IMG/VR virus record: IMGVR_UViG_3300046323_000360
Span: 32,192 to 96,191 of that record
Reading direction: 5' to 3' (one strand)
Origin: a virus
Length of the DNA: 64,000 nucleotides
Both the position numbers and the translations under genes were made by a program. The notes under the pieces are model-generated. The model did no database searches, had not been told where the DNA came from, and worked only from the letters and a program-made list of their open reading frames with translations. This document shows, one piece after another, positions 36,473 to 46,773 of the stretch. Within the stretch, counting starts at the first letter, position 1. Every line of letters begins with the position of its first letter.

Positions 36473-36640
36473 TTAGCGAATAGTCAATACGCCCTTGCTA
36501 TCAAGTTCAACTTCCAAGTCAAAGTGCGTTGCGTTTTCAACGACCTTGATTTGGTTGCCAACTGATAAGCGACCTACCAAGATACCTGCTCCCAAAATAC
36601 CGAAACAAATAATGGCAAAAGCCAATCCTGCGTAATCCAT
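36473..36640 (-). CDS. small membrane-anchored protein (55 aa)
   Basis: MDYAGLAFAIICFGILGAGILVGRLSVGN...; start overlaps upstream stop. Confidence 0.6.
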   Translation of the reverse strand: MDYAGLAFAIICFGILGAGILVGRLSVGNQIKVVENATHFDLEVELDSKGVLTIR

Positions 36641-36807
36641 TATGCCCACTCCCTTAGTGCGTTAGTCTTGCGAGCCAATCGAGTATTGGCACGCTTTGTT
36701 GCTTTGTTGCCGTGAACGCCACTTGCGTTCGAGCGTGAACGCTCACGCAAGATTACGGCGAGCGCCTTGCTCTCTGCCTTGCGTCTTGCTTCGTTAGCCT
36801 TGTTCAT
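36640..36807 (-). CDS. small basic protein (55 aa)
   Basis: MNKANEARRK...RSRSNASGVHGNKATKRANTR; GAAAGGGG RBS. Confidence 0.6.
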   Translation of the reverse strand: MNKANEARRKAESKALAVILRERSRSNASGVHGNKATKRANTRLARKTNALREWA

Positions 36808-36977
36808 CTTGAACCCCTTTCATCTGGCTTATTCCAAGCCTACCACACCCCTACGACAAAGCAACTTATGACTGCACCGTGTGTAGGGTTATTGACAGAA
36901 AAAATAAATACACCAAACCCCTACAACTTTCGGGCAAAAGAAAACCCCCGCCGAAGCGGGGGCTTGCTTGCTGGGGG

Positions 36978-37145
36978 CTAGAGCCGAGGGTCGTGTTCGC
37001 TCATCTCTGACGGCTTTGGATAATAACCCTCGGTAACCTCCCAAGGGAAGTCTGGCGTTGGGTCGTAGCAGCTCTCGCAAACGCTATCGCTTTCGCTAAT
37101 CTCGGCTTTGCAGTATCGGCAAATCTCTGTTTCGTTGTTTGACAT
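36978..37145 (-). CDS. small Zn-ribbon acidic protein (55 aa)
   Basis: CRYC...CESC; GAAAGGTAGGG RBS. Confidence 0.55.
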   Translation of the reverse strand: MSNNETEICRYCKAEISESDSVCESCYDPTPDFPWEVTEGYYPKPSEMSEHDPRL

Positions 37146-37289
37146 TTCCCTACCTTTCTTTCTTGGTTACTACCAAGTTACACCATCTGACCAACAAAGT
37201 CAAATCGAAGTTCCGTGTTGGGGTTTATTGGCAGAAAAAATAAATACATACAGGGGTCGAGAAAAAAGGCGGGTTTCCCCGCCCTTTCC

Positions 37290-37652
37290 CTAGTTGCTTG
37301 CGTAAGCCAACACTGCTTGCTCTGTCGCCTTGAGAAACGCTTCAACATCAGACTCGCTGAGTGGAAGTTCATTGCCCTCGTCATCTGTCTTGTTCGATAC
37401 CAAAACAACATCGCCCAAGATAACATCTGTCTTGCCGTATGACGCTTCCCAAATAGCGGTGGCAATGTCGTTGAATGGGAGTCCAATCAACTTGCCCTCG
37501 TCGTGAATGTAAAGTGCCAAGCCCTTAAACGCTCCACGCAACGCAATGTGCTGGATAGTTCCGCCTACTGCTTCACGAATGTCCTTGTAAGCAATCTCTG
37601 GCATCTCTACCAAGTCCAAGTCCGTTGTGATACGAACACCTGCTACAGCCAT
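37290..37652 (-). CDS. DUF3846-like protein
   Basis: AVGGTIQ...YIHDEGKLIGLPFNDIAT...DVILGDVVL. Confidence 0.8.
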   Translation of the reverse strand: MAVAGVRITTDLDLVEMPEIAYKDIREAVGGTIQHIALRGAFKGLALYIHDEGKLIGLPFNDIATAIWEASYGKTDVILGDVVLVSNKTDDEGNELPLSESDVEAFLKATEQAVLAYASN

Positions 37653-37850
37653 TTCTGACCCCTCTCGTAGCCCTCCGCAACTTGCTTCCTGACTACATAA
37701 GTAGTCTACTCAATCCCTACGACTTTCGCTTGACTCGACTACCCGTGTGTGCGTTAGTTACATAAAAAATAAATACATAAGATAGCCCGTAACTTTCAGA
37801 CAAAAAGAAACGCCCTGCCTTTCGGCAGAGCGTCCTTTGGTGGTTGAGGT

Positions 37851-38216
37851 TTATTCGTCCTCGTCCTCGTCGTCGTCGTCGTTACAGACACCAGCGCAAC
37901 CAGCCTCACCGCAGTCCTCGCACTCGTCCTCGTCAAACTGTCCGATTAGAGTGGTGAAGCCGTCGTTAGGGTCAGCCAAGTTTGTAGCCACGGCACTCAC
38001 GAAACGAAGTGAGCAAGACTGGTCAAACCATTTCTTGACAGTTTCAAGCATTTCGATCGACGACATCTCACTAGCCGTGATGATTGGGTCATACTCATAC
38101 TTACGCATAAGTTCAACTTGCTCGTCATCCATAAGAACATAAATCTTGTGGCAAGTGTCCCAGGTGATTGCCTTAGCGTCCTCTAGGTATTCCTCTACCT
38201 TGTCGAAGTTAGCCAT
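37851..38216 (-). CDS. acidic hypothetical protein
   Basis: Likely start MANFDKV; WDTCHKIY...WFDQSCSLRFV; Asp/Glu tail. Confidence 0.7.
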   Translation of the reverse strand: MANFDKVEEYLEDAKAITWDTCHKIYVLMDDEQVELMRKYEYDPIITASEMSSIEMLETVKKWFDQSCSLRFVSAVATNLADPNDGFTTLIGQFDEDECEDCGEAGCAGVCNDDDDEDEDE

Positions 38217-38409
38217 TTCATTTCCCTTTCCTTGTATCAACTTTTGTTGATAACTCAATCTTACTCGTCTGCTATGACTTTCGCAAATCGTCGCCAACTG
38301 AGAGCCGTGTTTACAGAAAAAATAAATACACCTCCGGCACGCAACTTTTTTCATTTCCGGCAAACGCAAAAAACCCCGCCAACTTAGGCGGGGTATCTGC
38401 GACTAACTC

Positions 38410-38805
38410 TTACTTGTAGAGAGTTGTCAAGGTTGTGTAGATAGTCTGGCTCTGGGCTTCGGCAGTTGCCTCGGCAAGCATAGTGTCTAGGCTATCTGCC
38501 AACTCTGGGTGAGTGGCAACAACTAGGTTGGTGAACGCTACCTTGAAAGCGTCAAGGTTGAAGTTGGTGCGACTACGCCAATCCAAGCGAGCGACCTCGA
38601 TGTTGTGATGAATAAGAGTGTCGAACGCTGAAGTCTTAGCCGTGTCGTCTTTCTCAAACTCTTTCTCCAAGACAGCAACAACTTTCTTAGCCTGACCCTC
38701 TAGAGCCTTGACCTCGGCACGAATGTTTACAAGTTCCTTAACTTGCTCAACAACTACCTTGCTGACTTTCTTAGTGCGAACCTCGGTTGCGGTTGCGATA
38801 GACAT
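38410..38805 (-). CDS. coiled-coil hypothetical protein, paralog family A
   Basis: TLIHHNIEVARLDWRSRTNFN. Confidence 0.75.
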   Translation of the reverse strand: MSIATATEVRTKKVSKVVVEQVKELVNIRAEVKALEGQAKKVVAVLEKEFEKDDTAKTSAFDTLIHHNIEVARLDWRSRTNFNLDAFKVAFTNLVVATHPELADSLDTMLAEATAEAQSQTIYTTLTTLYK

Positions 38806-39017
38806 TTGTTCCCTTTCTATAATCTCTGGCATTTCCTTCGACTACCTAAGTAGTCTATACCCTATTTACGACATTTGCCAAACTCTGAGCCGTGTCGAGG
38901 GTAATACGCAGAAAAAATAAATACACTAACCGGCTGCCACCTTCAGCAAACTTTTGAATAAGAAAAAACCGCCTTAGTCGAAACTAAGACGGATTATCTT
39001 TTTGCTTGTGAGTTTGG

Positions 39018-39296
39018 TTACTGCCAGCGAACAACACGCTTACGGCTATTGCTAGGCGTAATGTGCCAAATAGCCTGCCTTGCCCAATGACCATTCGCAT
39101 AACGCATAGCGGTTGCGAAGTTGTCATAAGTCTTAGACGAACGCCCATTATCCCAAGCGAGTGTCAAGACAAACTTTCCCTTGACCTCACCCGTGTATGA
39201 ACGAACATCAACAATGTTTCCGCTGTAATCTTTTTCTTCGATTACTAATGCGCCCTCGACCTCACCTTTGGTGAAGTAATCTTTGTTGTAAATCAT
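39018..39296 (-). CDS. hypothetical cassette protein
   Basis: Likely start MIYNKD after GAAAGGG. Confidence 0.65.
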   Translation of the reverse strand: MIYNKDYFTKGEVEGALVIEEKDYSGNIVDVRSYTGEVKGKFVLTLAWDNGRSSKTYDNFATAMRYANGHWARQAIWHITPSNSRKRVVRWQ

Positions 39297-39480
39297 TTGT
39301 TTCCCTTTCTTATTGTCCCTTTCGGGCTTACCTAATAAGCCTAACATACTCTACGGCAAAGTCAAGTTCAGCCAGAGATAGTGGCAAAACTAGCAGAAAA
39401 AATAAATACACGCAGGTCGAAATAAAAAAATCAGCAAAAGAAAAACCCCTGCCAAAAGGCAGGGGCTTGTCCGTGTCTGA

Positions 39481-39669
39481 TTACCAGACACGAACTCCGT
39501 GAACGCTACCGCACTTACAGTGTGCCTGAGCGATACCGCCGTCAATCATCGCTGGGTCAATCTCTACATCAGCAGAGCAGACTGGGCAGGTGAAGAACTC
39601 TACAGTCTCGACTACACCGCCTAGGTAAGTTACCTCGCGAGTGCTTACTACTACATTTAGAAGTGCCAT
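39481..39669 (-). CDS. small Zn-ribbon protein
   Basis: CPVC...CKC; GAAAGGG RBS. Confidence 0.6.
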   Translation of the reverse strand: MALLNVVVSTREVTYLGGVVETVEFFTCPVCSADVEIDPAMIDGGIAQAHCKCGSVHGVRVW

Positions 39670-39841
39670 TTCTTTTCCCTTTCGTTGGCTTATGTAATAA
39701 GCATAGCATTGTTTTAGACTTTTTCAACTTTTATTATTTTCTTCTTTTTGATTAGCAGAAAAAATAAATACAAAAAAAAAAAAAAAAAAAAAAAAAGGCA
39801 AAAGAAAAACCTCGGGTTTCCCCGAGGCTTCCTTTCTGCCC

Positions 39842-40060
39842 TTAGGCTACTGACTTCTCCGTGTCAGCAATGGCTTCCTTTAGCCAAGCCAATGCTTCCT
39901 GACGACCCTTGACTCCGCGACCAAAAGTCTTATAAGCGTCAATACCCATTAGACGACCTAGTGACTTCATTGCTGGCTCGCGGGTCATTTGAAACTTACC
40001 CTCCGACTTAATCTCGGCTTCTAGTCCAATGACTAGCAACTTCGCCTGTAGTAGGTTCAC
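39842..40060 (-). CDS. hypothetical cassette protein
   Basis: GAAAGGGGTAGG RBS. Confidence 0.65.
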   Translation of the reverse strand: MNLLQAKLLVIGLEAEIKSEGKFQMTREPAMKSLGRLMGIDAYKTFGRGVKGRQEALAWLKEAIADTEKSVA

Positions 40061-40253
40061 GACCTACCCCTTTCACTTTTGTAACCCTGGTTGGTTACAT
40101 ACCAACTATACACCTTTCCAAAGACTTTTTCAACTTCTTTTATTTTTTCTTTGGCCACCATAAAAAATAAATACAGCTCAGCCGTGTTAGTTATTTCGGG
40201 CAAAAAGAAAACCGGCTGAACATTTCTGTTCAACCGGCTGACTTCGGATTAGG

Positions 40254-40457
40254 CTACTTGACAGTAACCCAAGCCATCGCAGTTTGTAGCAAGTGGTTGT
40301 AGTCGCCACTCATTGAGTCTTTTAGGTAAGCGTCAATCTCTTCTTTTGAAACGCCGTGTTTCTTGAGCGCTGACTTGACAGCCCCCATAATCGCAAAAGC
40401 ATTTCCGTCTTGACCAACTAACTTGACCTTGATTGCTGGATACTTTACATCTGACAT
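40254..40457 (-). CDS. conserved phage hypothetical protein
   Basis: VKLVGQDGNAFAIMGAV...SGDYNHLL motif, recognisable as widespread in phages. Confidence 0.7.
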   Translation of the reverse strand: MSDVKYPAIKVKLVGQDGNAFAIMGAVKSALKKHGVSKEEIDAYLKDSMSGDYNHLLQTAMAWVTVK

Positions 40458-40711
40458 TTGTTTCCCCTTTTTGGTGGGCTTCCAAGTCGGTGGTTGGGAA
40501 GAACTCTCCATTGCCACTCTTATCTAGTCCTAGGCTGGAAGCGTTAGGTTTTTTACCTAACACTCTTATAGTAGCACTTCGCACAGACAAAATGTGATTA
40601 CTATTTTGAAGTTGCTCCCGCCGCCAGAAAAAATAAATACACGCAAACAAAAGCAAAAACAAAAAAAAAAACCAGCCAACCTTTCGGCTGACTGGCTCTT
40701 TATTTTTTCGG

Positions 40712-40942
40712 CTATTCGGCAGAAACCGCAGCGAAATCTGCGCCACTGGCAAAGGTATCCGAAATGTATTCGATAGCGATACCTACAGGGTCGTCGCAAT
40801 CAGACTCCATACACTTCAACTGATAATCCAAAACTACTCCCGTGAGAGAGTCCGTGTAACGAACAATCTCAACTTTGTGTCCATAGTGAGCAGACAACTG
40901 CTCATTGAACCACTGCTCGCCCTTTACGAGTTTTTTACTCAT
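40712..40942 (-). CDS. hypothetical cassette protein
   Basis: GAAAGGGG RBS; HYGHKVEIVRY. Confidence 0.65.
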   Translation of the reverse strand: MSKKLVKGEQWFNEQLSAHYGHKVEIVRYTDSLTGVVLDYQLKCMESDCDDPVGIAIEYISDTFASGADFAAVSAE

Positions 40943-41085
40943 TTGTTTCCCCTTTCTAGGTATCTATAGACTACAGCACACCTACGACAAAAACTCTGAA
41001 CATTATTTAGAACTTACCACGCAGCCATAAAAAATAAATACACTTTACGATTCGAAGAAAGTGAAAACATTTGGGCAAAGAAAAA

Positions 41086-41183
41086 GGGCTAGAGAGTTGG
41101 GGGGAACTCTCTAGCCCGTGTTGCCTAGTGAAAGGGGGATAAAACTAGGCAACCTTTTACCTAGCGAGGGGGGTGCTAGGTAA
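41086..41183 (-). ncRNA. candidate 3'-UTR RNA: three perfect hairpins with C-rich (anti-SD) loops ending in a terminator
   Basis: Stems of 13, 10 and 9 bp; minus-strand loops CCCCCC, TTTATCCCCCTTTC, ACCCCCCTC. Confidence 0.5.
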
Positions 41184-41192
41184 GTCTAAAAA

Positions 41193-41345
41193 CTAACTAC
41201 GCCAATACTCGTGCCAAAAGTTTTTCTTGCCTTTTAGCATACGAATAAGACTTGGCTTCCAAAAACAATACCACCTATTGCGTAACCAAAACATCTCACG
41301 CTTGAGTTGTGTCCTGATGTCACGCTTCTCTTTGTGCTTTGCCAT
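41193..41345 (-). CDS. small basic Trp-rich protein (50 aa)
   Basis: MAKHKEKRDIRTQLKREMFWLRNRWWYCFWKP...; GAAAGGGAG RBS. Confidence 0.55.
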   Translation of the reverse strand: MAKHKEKRDIRTQLKREMFWLRNRWYCFWKPSLIRMLKGKKNFWHEYWRS

Positions 41346-41523
41346 TTCTTTCTCCCTTTCTCTGGCAACAAGATAACTCTACTACAACTGAGCCGTGTTC
41401 GCAACAACAACACGACGCGACTTCAAACTAACAGAAAAAATAAATACAGCTTCCGGATAACAAACAAATAAGCAAGGCAATAAAAAAGCCCCGCCTTTCG
41501 GCAGGGCTTTCTTGTTTTGTTGT

Positions 41524-41682
41524 TTAGTAGTTTTCGTTCACAAACTCTAGGGCTTGCTCTTGCGAAACACTTGCGTCACGAAGCAAAGTAATCAACTGCT
41601 CGTCTTCTGACAACAACTGAACTGGAACTGTGCTTTCGCCCGAAAGCATTAGCAACTTCTCGAATAGGCTTGGGGTTGTCAT
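41524..41682 (-). CDS. small acidic protein (52 aa)
   Basis: MTTPSLFEKLL...; GAAAGAGGG RBS. Confidence 0.55.
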   Translation of the reverse strand: MTTPSLFEKLLMLSGESTVPVQLLSEDEQLITLLRDASVSQEQALEFVNENY

Positions 41683-41881
41683 TTGTCCCTCTTTCTAGTT
41701 GGTTTTCCAACTAATCCAATACTACACCTTTGATACGACATTTTCAACTCCCGTGTTTAGCCCGCGTGCTATTTCGCAGAAAAAATAAATACACCTATCT
41801 TCGGCAGCGCTACCACGCAACTTCTAAATAAGGTAAAAAGAAAACCTGCCCGAAGGCAGGTTTCCCGTGAGAGCCTAAGCC

Positions 41882-42322
41882 CTAGAAACGCTTGGCACAG
41901 ACTGGACCAATGCCATTAGCCACGCTCTTAGCGTCAGTAAGAAACGCGCCACAGACACAGCACAAACCTGTTTCAACGCCAAACGCCTTAGCCTCGTCAA
42001 GGGTCATCTTGTCCGTGTGACGCAACTTGCGGATAGCACCAGACTCATAGTCAAAACCGCCCTGAATGTTTAGGCGCTTGGCGTAAAGGTTGCCTGTTTC
42101 ACGCGAAGCCTGAACGCGGTAAATCGCGTAGTCAGCGGTGCGATACATACCAACCTCAACGGCAGGTGCGGAAGTGATTGGCATTTTTAGCAAATCACCA
42201 ATGAGGCGACTAGCCTCGCTAACGCCTAGAGTGGCGTAGTCAATCGGCTGAGCGTAGTTGCGCTCGCCAGTGAGCGACTTGATAAAAGCAACTTGCTTTT
42301 CGGTCGCGCGTAGTGTGGTCAT
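41882..42322 (-). CDS. DUF6011-like Zn-finger protein
   Basis: ATEKQVAFI N-terminus; CCVCGAFLTDAKSVANGIGPVC C-terminus. Confidence 0.75.
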   Translation of the reverse strand: MTTLRATEKQVAFIKSLTGERNYAQPIDYATLGVSEASRLIGDLLKMPITSAPAVEVGMYRTADYAIYRVQASRETGNLYAKRLNIQGGFDYESGAIRKLRHTDKMTLDEAKAFGVETGLCCVCGAFLTDAKSVANGIGPVCAKRF

Positions 42323-42579
42323 TTTTCCCTCCTCTGCCAGCCCCTTGCTGGACTATTCCAGCATACACCTATCTACGGACATTCGCAAAACGAAATACCA
42401 CCGGCTACGGCGAGCGCCAGAAAAAATAAATACGCTACTCGCCAATGGAAAATCTCGGGCAAAGAAAAAACTAGGCAGATAGCGAGGGGGGTGCTATCTG
42501 CCTAGTCCGTGTCCGAAGTGTTTGTCTGTTCAGTTAGAAAGGGGGGTTTTTACTGAATGAAATACACTCCGAAGTCTAT

Positions 42580-42801
42580 TTAGTCTGTGCCAAACTTTTG
42601 GTCAAAAGCCGCACGATAACGCTCTGACATACGATAAGCCATTACGACTTTCTCCCGATAGTCAAGCATTTCTTGCTCCGTGTCAAAGGTCATAGCAAGA
42701 CCCTCGCTGTCACGAAGTTCCCACTCGCCATTTACACGAGGCCAGTTCTTTACCCAGTAGCCACCAAGAAAAGTTTCTTCTTGAAGAAGTGAGCCTGCCA
42801 T
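42580..42801 (-). CDS. hypothetical cassette protein
   Basis: GAAAGGG RBS. Confidence 0.65.
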   Translation of the reverse strand: MAGSLLQEETFLGGYWVKNWPRVNGEWELRDSEGLAMTFDTEQEMLDYREKVVMAYRMSERYRAAFDQKFGTD

Positions 42802-42990
42802 TTTGTTTCCCTTTCGTTTTGTTGATAGTTCTATCTTATAGCCTGTCTATGACATTTCGCAAATCTTGTTTCGAAGTTTGTGCCGTGTCCCAGAAAAAAT
42901 AAATACAGCCACTTCTCGCAGGGTAAAAGAAAATCCCCAATCCAAACTCTCGGCTTGGTTTATTGGGGATTATCTTTTTTGGCTAGGCTA

Positions 42991-43509
42991 CTAGCAAATC
43001 TCGAAGCCACCACAGTTCTCTAGAAAGTCGGCAAACTCTGCCAAAACCTCTAGGTCAAAGTTATAGTTGGTTTCCCAAGCGTCTACCTTGCCCTCGCCAG
43101 AGCAACCATTACACCAGCCGTGTGTCCTGCCAGTAATCGAAGCAATCTCTGGTGAGAGTTCCTTAGTGGTCATTCCGTGTTCTACACCGATAGCGTCAGA
43201 GCGGATACCAGTTCCCTCGCAATGCTTACACGCAGGGCGTTCCAACTCTGCCAGCATAGCGTTACGCTCACTTGCGTATTGAGTTGCCACGCCATTAGCG
43301 ATAGTGCCACGAATAGCCATAGCCAGTTTTAGGCTATCCCGACCATTCAAGCCATCGCCATCGTTAGAGTGTCCGTGCTTGACCTTGCCAGCCAACTCTG
43401 GAAAGTTTACCTCGCAGTATTCCCAGAGCGGATGCCAATACCAAACATTCGAACGAAAGTATTCGCCCACCTCACTAGACGGATTCTTTCCGTATACATC
43501 CATTCCCAT
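42991..43509 (-). CDS. hypothetical protein with DnaJ-type CxxCxGxG Zn finger
   Basis: MGMDVYG..YFRSNVWYWHPLW; CKHCEGTG and CNGCSGEG. Confidence 0.7.
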   Translation of the reverse strand: MGMDVYGKNPSSEVGEYFRSNVWYWHPLWEYCEVNFPELAGKVKHGHSNDGDGLNGRDSLKLAMAIRGTIANGVATQYASERNAMLAELERPACKHCEGTGIRSDAIGVEHGMTTKELSPEIASITGRTHGWCNGCSGEGKVDAWETNYNFDLEVLAEFADFLENCGGFEIC

Positions 43510-43702
43510 TTGAATCACCTTTCTTTTGGACACTTCTAACTTACACCAGCCCAGCGACATTCGCAACTCTTTCGCCGGCGTGCGAGGGGTAGCAGAAAAA
43601 ATAAATACAACCCCTGAAAGTTTGGCGAGCCAGTTTAGCGACTTGGCTCTAGGTCGGGCTGACTAAAGACAGCGAGGTCGCCAATCCTCGCTTGCCTATT
43701 CT

Positions 43703-44086
43703 TTAGTCGTCTGTGTCTGACCTGACTAAAACATTGCGAGTAAAAGTTGCGCTACCCCACGACAAGTCGTGTCCAATAGCCTTAGCCTCAACCTCGACTG
43801 AAGTTCCTGAACGCTCTCCATTATCCCAGTCACGAACGCGCAGAGTTCCATAGAGAAAAATGCGGTCGCCTTTATTTACAGACGAAGCCGTGTTCACGGC
43901 GAGGTCGCGGAATGAGGTAATGGTATACCAGTTGGTTTCACCATCTACCCACTTGCTACTTGACCTATCGAACCTACGCTGACTTGAAGCCAAACGGAAT
44001 GAAGTGATAGGCAAGCCATCCTGCGTGACTAGGTGACGTGGGTTTGTTGCTACTAAACCAGTAATAGTGATGTTTTCGGTAATCAT
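43703..44086 (-). CDS. ssb: single-stranded DNA-binding protein (actinobacterial type, no acidic PF tail)
   Basis: ITITGLVATNP..ITSFRLASSQRRFD..WVDGETNWY..KGDRI..GTLRVRDW..VEVEAKAIGHDL. Confidence 0.9.
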   Translation of the reverse strand: MITENITITGLVATNPRHLVTQDGLPITSFRLASSQRRFDRSSSKWVDGETNWYTITSFRDLAVNTASSVNKGDRIFLYGTLRVRDWDNGERSGTSVEVEAKAIGHDLSWGSATFTRNVLVRSDTDD

Positions 44087-44252
44087 TTTTCCCTTTCTTG
44101 TTACCTCTACTCTACCCTATCTATACGACAAATCGCAACTATCCCGTGTTCACCACAGAAAAAATAAATACAGATCGACTGATGAGCCAACTTTCAAATA
44201 AGGCAAAAGAAAAACCGCCACCTTTCGGTGACGGCTTGTCTTGAAGTTTTGG

Positions 44253-44657
44253 TTACTCGCCCTCGTAAACCTCGCCCTTGCTAAAGGTGAACAATGCACC
44301 AAACTCATCGTGACTTGAACGCACGCAAGTCAAGTCTTTGCCATCCAACTTGTAACGAAGTGTAAAGTCGCCATTCAAGGTTAGACAATCAACAACTTGA
44401 TTAGCGTAAATGTTTGTCCAGCCAGCAACTTGATTCCAGTTCATGTTGCCACTGAAAACATAAACCAGAGATTCCGTGTTCCAGCCATTAGCCTCAAGCC
44501 ACGGATTCAAAACCTCATACTTGAAGTTGTCTTTATCTTCTTCGAAGCAACCAAAACATTCGTTGCTAGGCGTTGAAGTATCGGTATCTTCGTCATAAGC
44601 CTCGCACGAACAATCGCTTGATAACTCAAACTCGATAACTGTCTTTGTGTCGCTCAT
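44253..44657 (-). CDS. acidic hypothetical protein
   Basis: GAAAGGG RBS; CSC..CFGC; RSSHDE. Confidence 0.7.
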   Translation of the reverse strand: MSDTKTVIEFELSSDCSCEAYDEDTDTSTPSNECFGCFEEDKDNFKYEVLNPWLEANGWNTESLVYVFSGNMNWNQVAGWTNIYANQVVDCLTLNGDFTLRYKLDGKDLTCVRSSHDEFGALFTFSKGEVYEGE

Positions 44658-44842
44658 CGTATTCCCTTTCGTTGTTTGACTTGCTTGCTATTAGTTTACC
44701 CTAATGCCACGACAAAAACCAAACACTAATGCGAAGTTGTAGCCCCCTTCAGAAAAAATAAATACAACGCGGCGAGCGCAACTTTCCAGACAAAGAAATA
44801 AGGGTTGAACCGAAGTCCAACCCTTACAAAGTTTCCGTGTTG

Positions 44843-45091
44843 CTAGTCCATTTGACTTTCACGCCAAGCGTCATAGTCAGCGTCCTCGTCACGCTCGTCA
44901 CGACTAGGCAACTCAATCTCAAGTTGCTGTCCACACTTAGGGCAATCAGCATAAGCGTTGCTCTGCCAATCGTCAGTTGAGCCGTCCAACTCAAACTCGT
45001 CCTCGCAAGTGTCGCAGTAGAAAACTCCCGTGTAGTCCTGAGCGTAGATACCAGAGCCACGCATTGAACCCTCTGGATAGTTGCTTGACAT
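44843..45091 (-). CDS. very acidic Zn-ribbon protein
   Basis: Likely start MSSNYPEG; CDTC...CPKC. Confidence 0.65.
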   Translation of the reverse strand: MSSNYPEGSMRGSGIYAQDYTGVFYCDTCEDEFELDGSTDDWQSNAYADCPKCGQQLEIELPSRDERDEDADYDAWRESQMD

Positions 45092-45289
45092 TTCTTTCCT
45101 TTCTAGCCAGCCCCTCTGGCTATGTAAATAGCCTATACCCAACCAACGACATTTCGCTAGTGAGTTTTCCGTGTTAGTTCCGTGCAGCAGAAAAAATAAA
45201 TACACTAATGCGAAGTTGCGAAAAGTATAATCTTCCAGACAAAAAGAAAACCCCGAACCTAAGTTCGGGGCTTCCGTGTTTGGTGCTTG

Positions 45290-45607
45290 CTAGTAGTAAA
45301 GCCTAGCCATACGCTCAATGCGCTTTTTGTCATAGTGGCTAGACTTAGCCATTAGGTCGAACACTACGCTTTTAGGTAAAGCACGAATGATACGCCCTAG
45401 CAAGGTGCTAGTGGTTTGTGAAATGTAACCAAGTGCTAGTGAGTCAATGGTTTGTGTTTCAATGTTGTAGTCCAGAATAACCGTGTTCCAGTGGACAACT
45501 GAATAACGCTCGCCCGAACGAATGGCGTGGATACTGCTGTTGTAGTTTTCAAAACTTTCCCAGTTGGCAAGTTTCTCGTCAATCTTGTGGTTCGCGATGC
45601 GTGCCAT
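45290..45607 (-). CDS. hypothetical cassette protein
   Basis: GAAAGGG RBS. Confidence 0.7.
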   Translation of the reverse strand: MARIANHKIDEKLANWESFENYNSSIHAIRSGERYSVVHWNTVILDYNIETQTIDSLALGYISQTTSTLLGRIIRALPKSVVFDLMAKSSHYDKKRIERMARLYY

Positions 45608-45799
45608 TAGATACCCTTTCTATTTCTATCTGTTGTTTTCCAGATACTCCAACTATACCCTAACCACTAGACTTTTTGCCCCGTGTTATTTGGAAGTTGC
45701 AGAAAAAATAAATACAAGCCGGGAGCAAAAAAAAATCGCCAAATACGGCGAGCGCGGAAACGGGCTGAACCGAAGTCCAGCCCGTTCGCGGTGTGCCGC

Positions 45800-46141
45800 C
45801 TAGCGCGGGATAATGTCCACTACGCGACTAACGCCGTGCTTGACAACCAGCGCGTGAATCTCTGGAAACTCGGTGGCGAGTTTCTTGCTGTCCACGCGAG
45901 TGGTGTCGCGCAAGGCGATACGAACAACATCTAGCCCGTGGTGAACTAGGGTGGTGGCGGTTCCAGCCTCAACTAGAATCTCCTCGCGCAAAGCGTCAGC
46001 CTCAGCCTCAGCCTCGCGAATGAGCGCACGCAAGTCTGCCAAGCGTTGCGCCTTAGCGACCATTACCTTGGAAATCTTCTTGACTTCCGTGGTAGTGGTG
46101 GTGGTTGCCTTAGCAACCGAAGCGGTGGTGGCGGTAGCCAT
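45800..46141 (-). CDS. coiled-coil hypothetical protein, paralog family A
   Basis: TLVHHGLDVVRIALRDTTRVDSKKLATEFPEI. Confidence 0.75.
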   Translation of the reverse strand: MATATTASVAKATTTTTTEVKKISKVMVAKAQRLADLRALIREAEAEADALREEILVEAGTATTLVHHGLDVVRIALRDTTRVDSKKLATEFPEIHALVVKHGVSRVVDIIPR

Positions 46142-46332
46142 CTCTGCCCCTCTCTATAAGTCTTACTTCTGTTTCTGACTTATGTAGTAAGTCTATACCC
46201 TAACTACGACTTTTGCGCAAATCGTTTGCTGAAAAATCCCGTGTCGTCAGAAAAAATAAATACACTCCCGGGTTGAAAAAATCGGGCAAGAAAAAACCCT
46301 CTCTTGCGAGAGGGCATTTCCCGTGTCGCTCG

Positions 46333-46539
46333 CTAGTTGCGAACATCAAGTCCACGGCGACGCAAGTCTTGAAGTATGTTTTTCAAGGCTCGATTGTCGC
46401 TTGGGGTGCTTGCTGAAAAGAAGAAGTCCCGTGCGTTAGGTGCTATCCACTTGTAGTGTCCACCCTTAGTGAGTTCGACTCTCCAGCCAGCCTTGATAGC
46501 GAGTTTTATCAAGTTGCCTAGTTCCTTTTTGTTAGCCAT
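46333..46539 (-). CDS. HicA-like protein
   Basis: AGWRVELTKGGHYKW...STPSDNRALKN...DLRR, HicA-like pattern common in actinophages. Confidence 0.7.
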   Translation of the reverse strand: MANKKELGNLIKLAIKAGWRVELTKGGHYKWIAPNARDFFFSASTPSDNRALKNILQDLRRRGLDVRN

Positions 46540-46773
46540 TTGTGTTTCCCCTTTCTTTGGCTATACTCATAGCCTACACCTTGCCAGCGACATTTGCACA
46601 AAAAACTTTTTGTTTGGCGTGTCAAGTTCAGAAAAAATAAATACACTTGCCCCCGTGACAAAAAAAAAAAGAGAGCCACAACCGAAAGGGGGTAAGGTTG
46701 TGACTCTCTAGGCGGAGTAATCTCACGCCTTTGTTGGCAGGGGAAAGGGGGGTTTACCCTGCCAAGTTTGTGC

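Noticed and set aside
39772-39796. 25-nt poly-A run after a motif copy
   Set aside because: Homopolymer length is unreliable and may be a sequencing or assembly artefact; cannot be interpreted without reads
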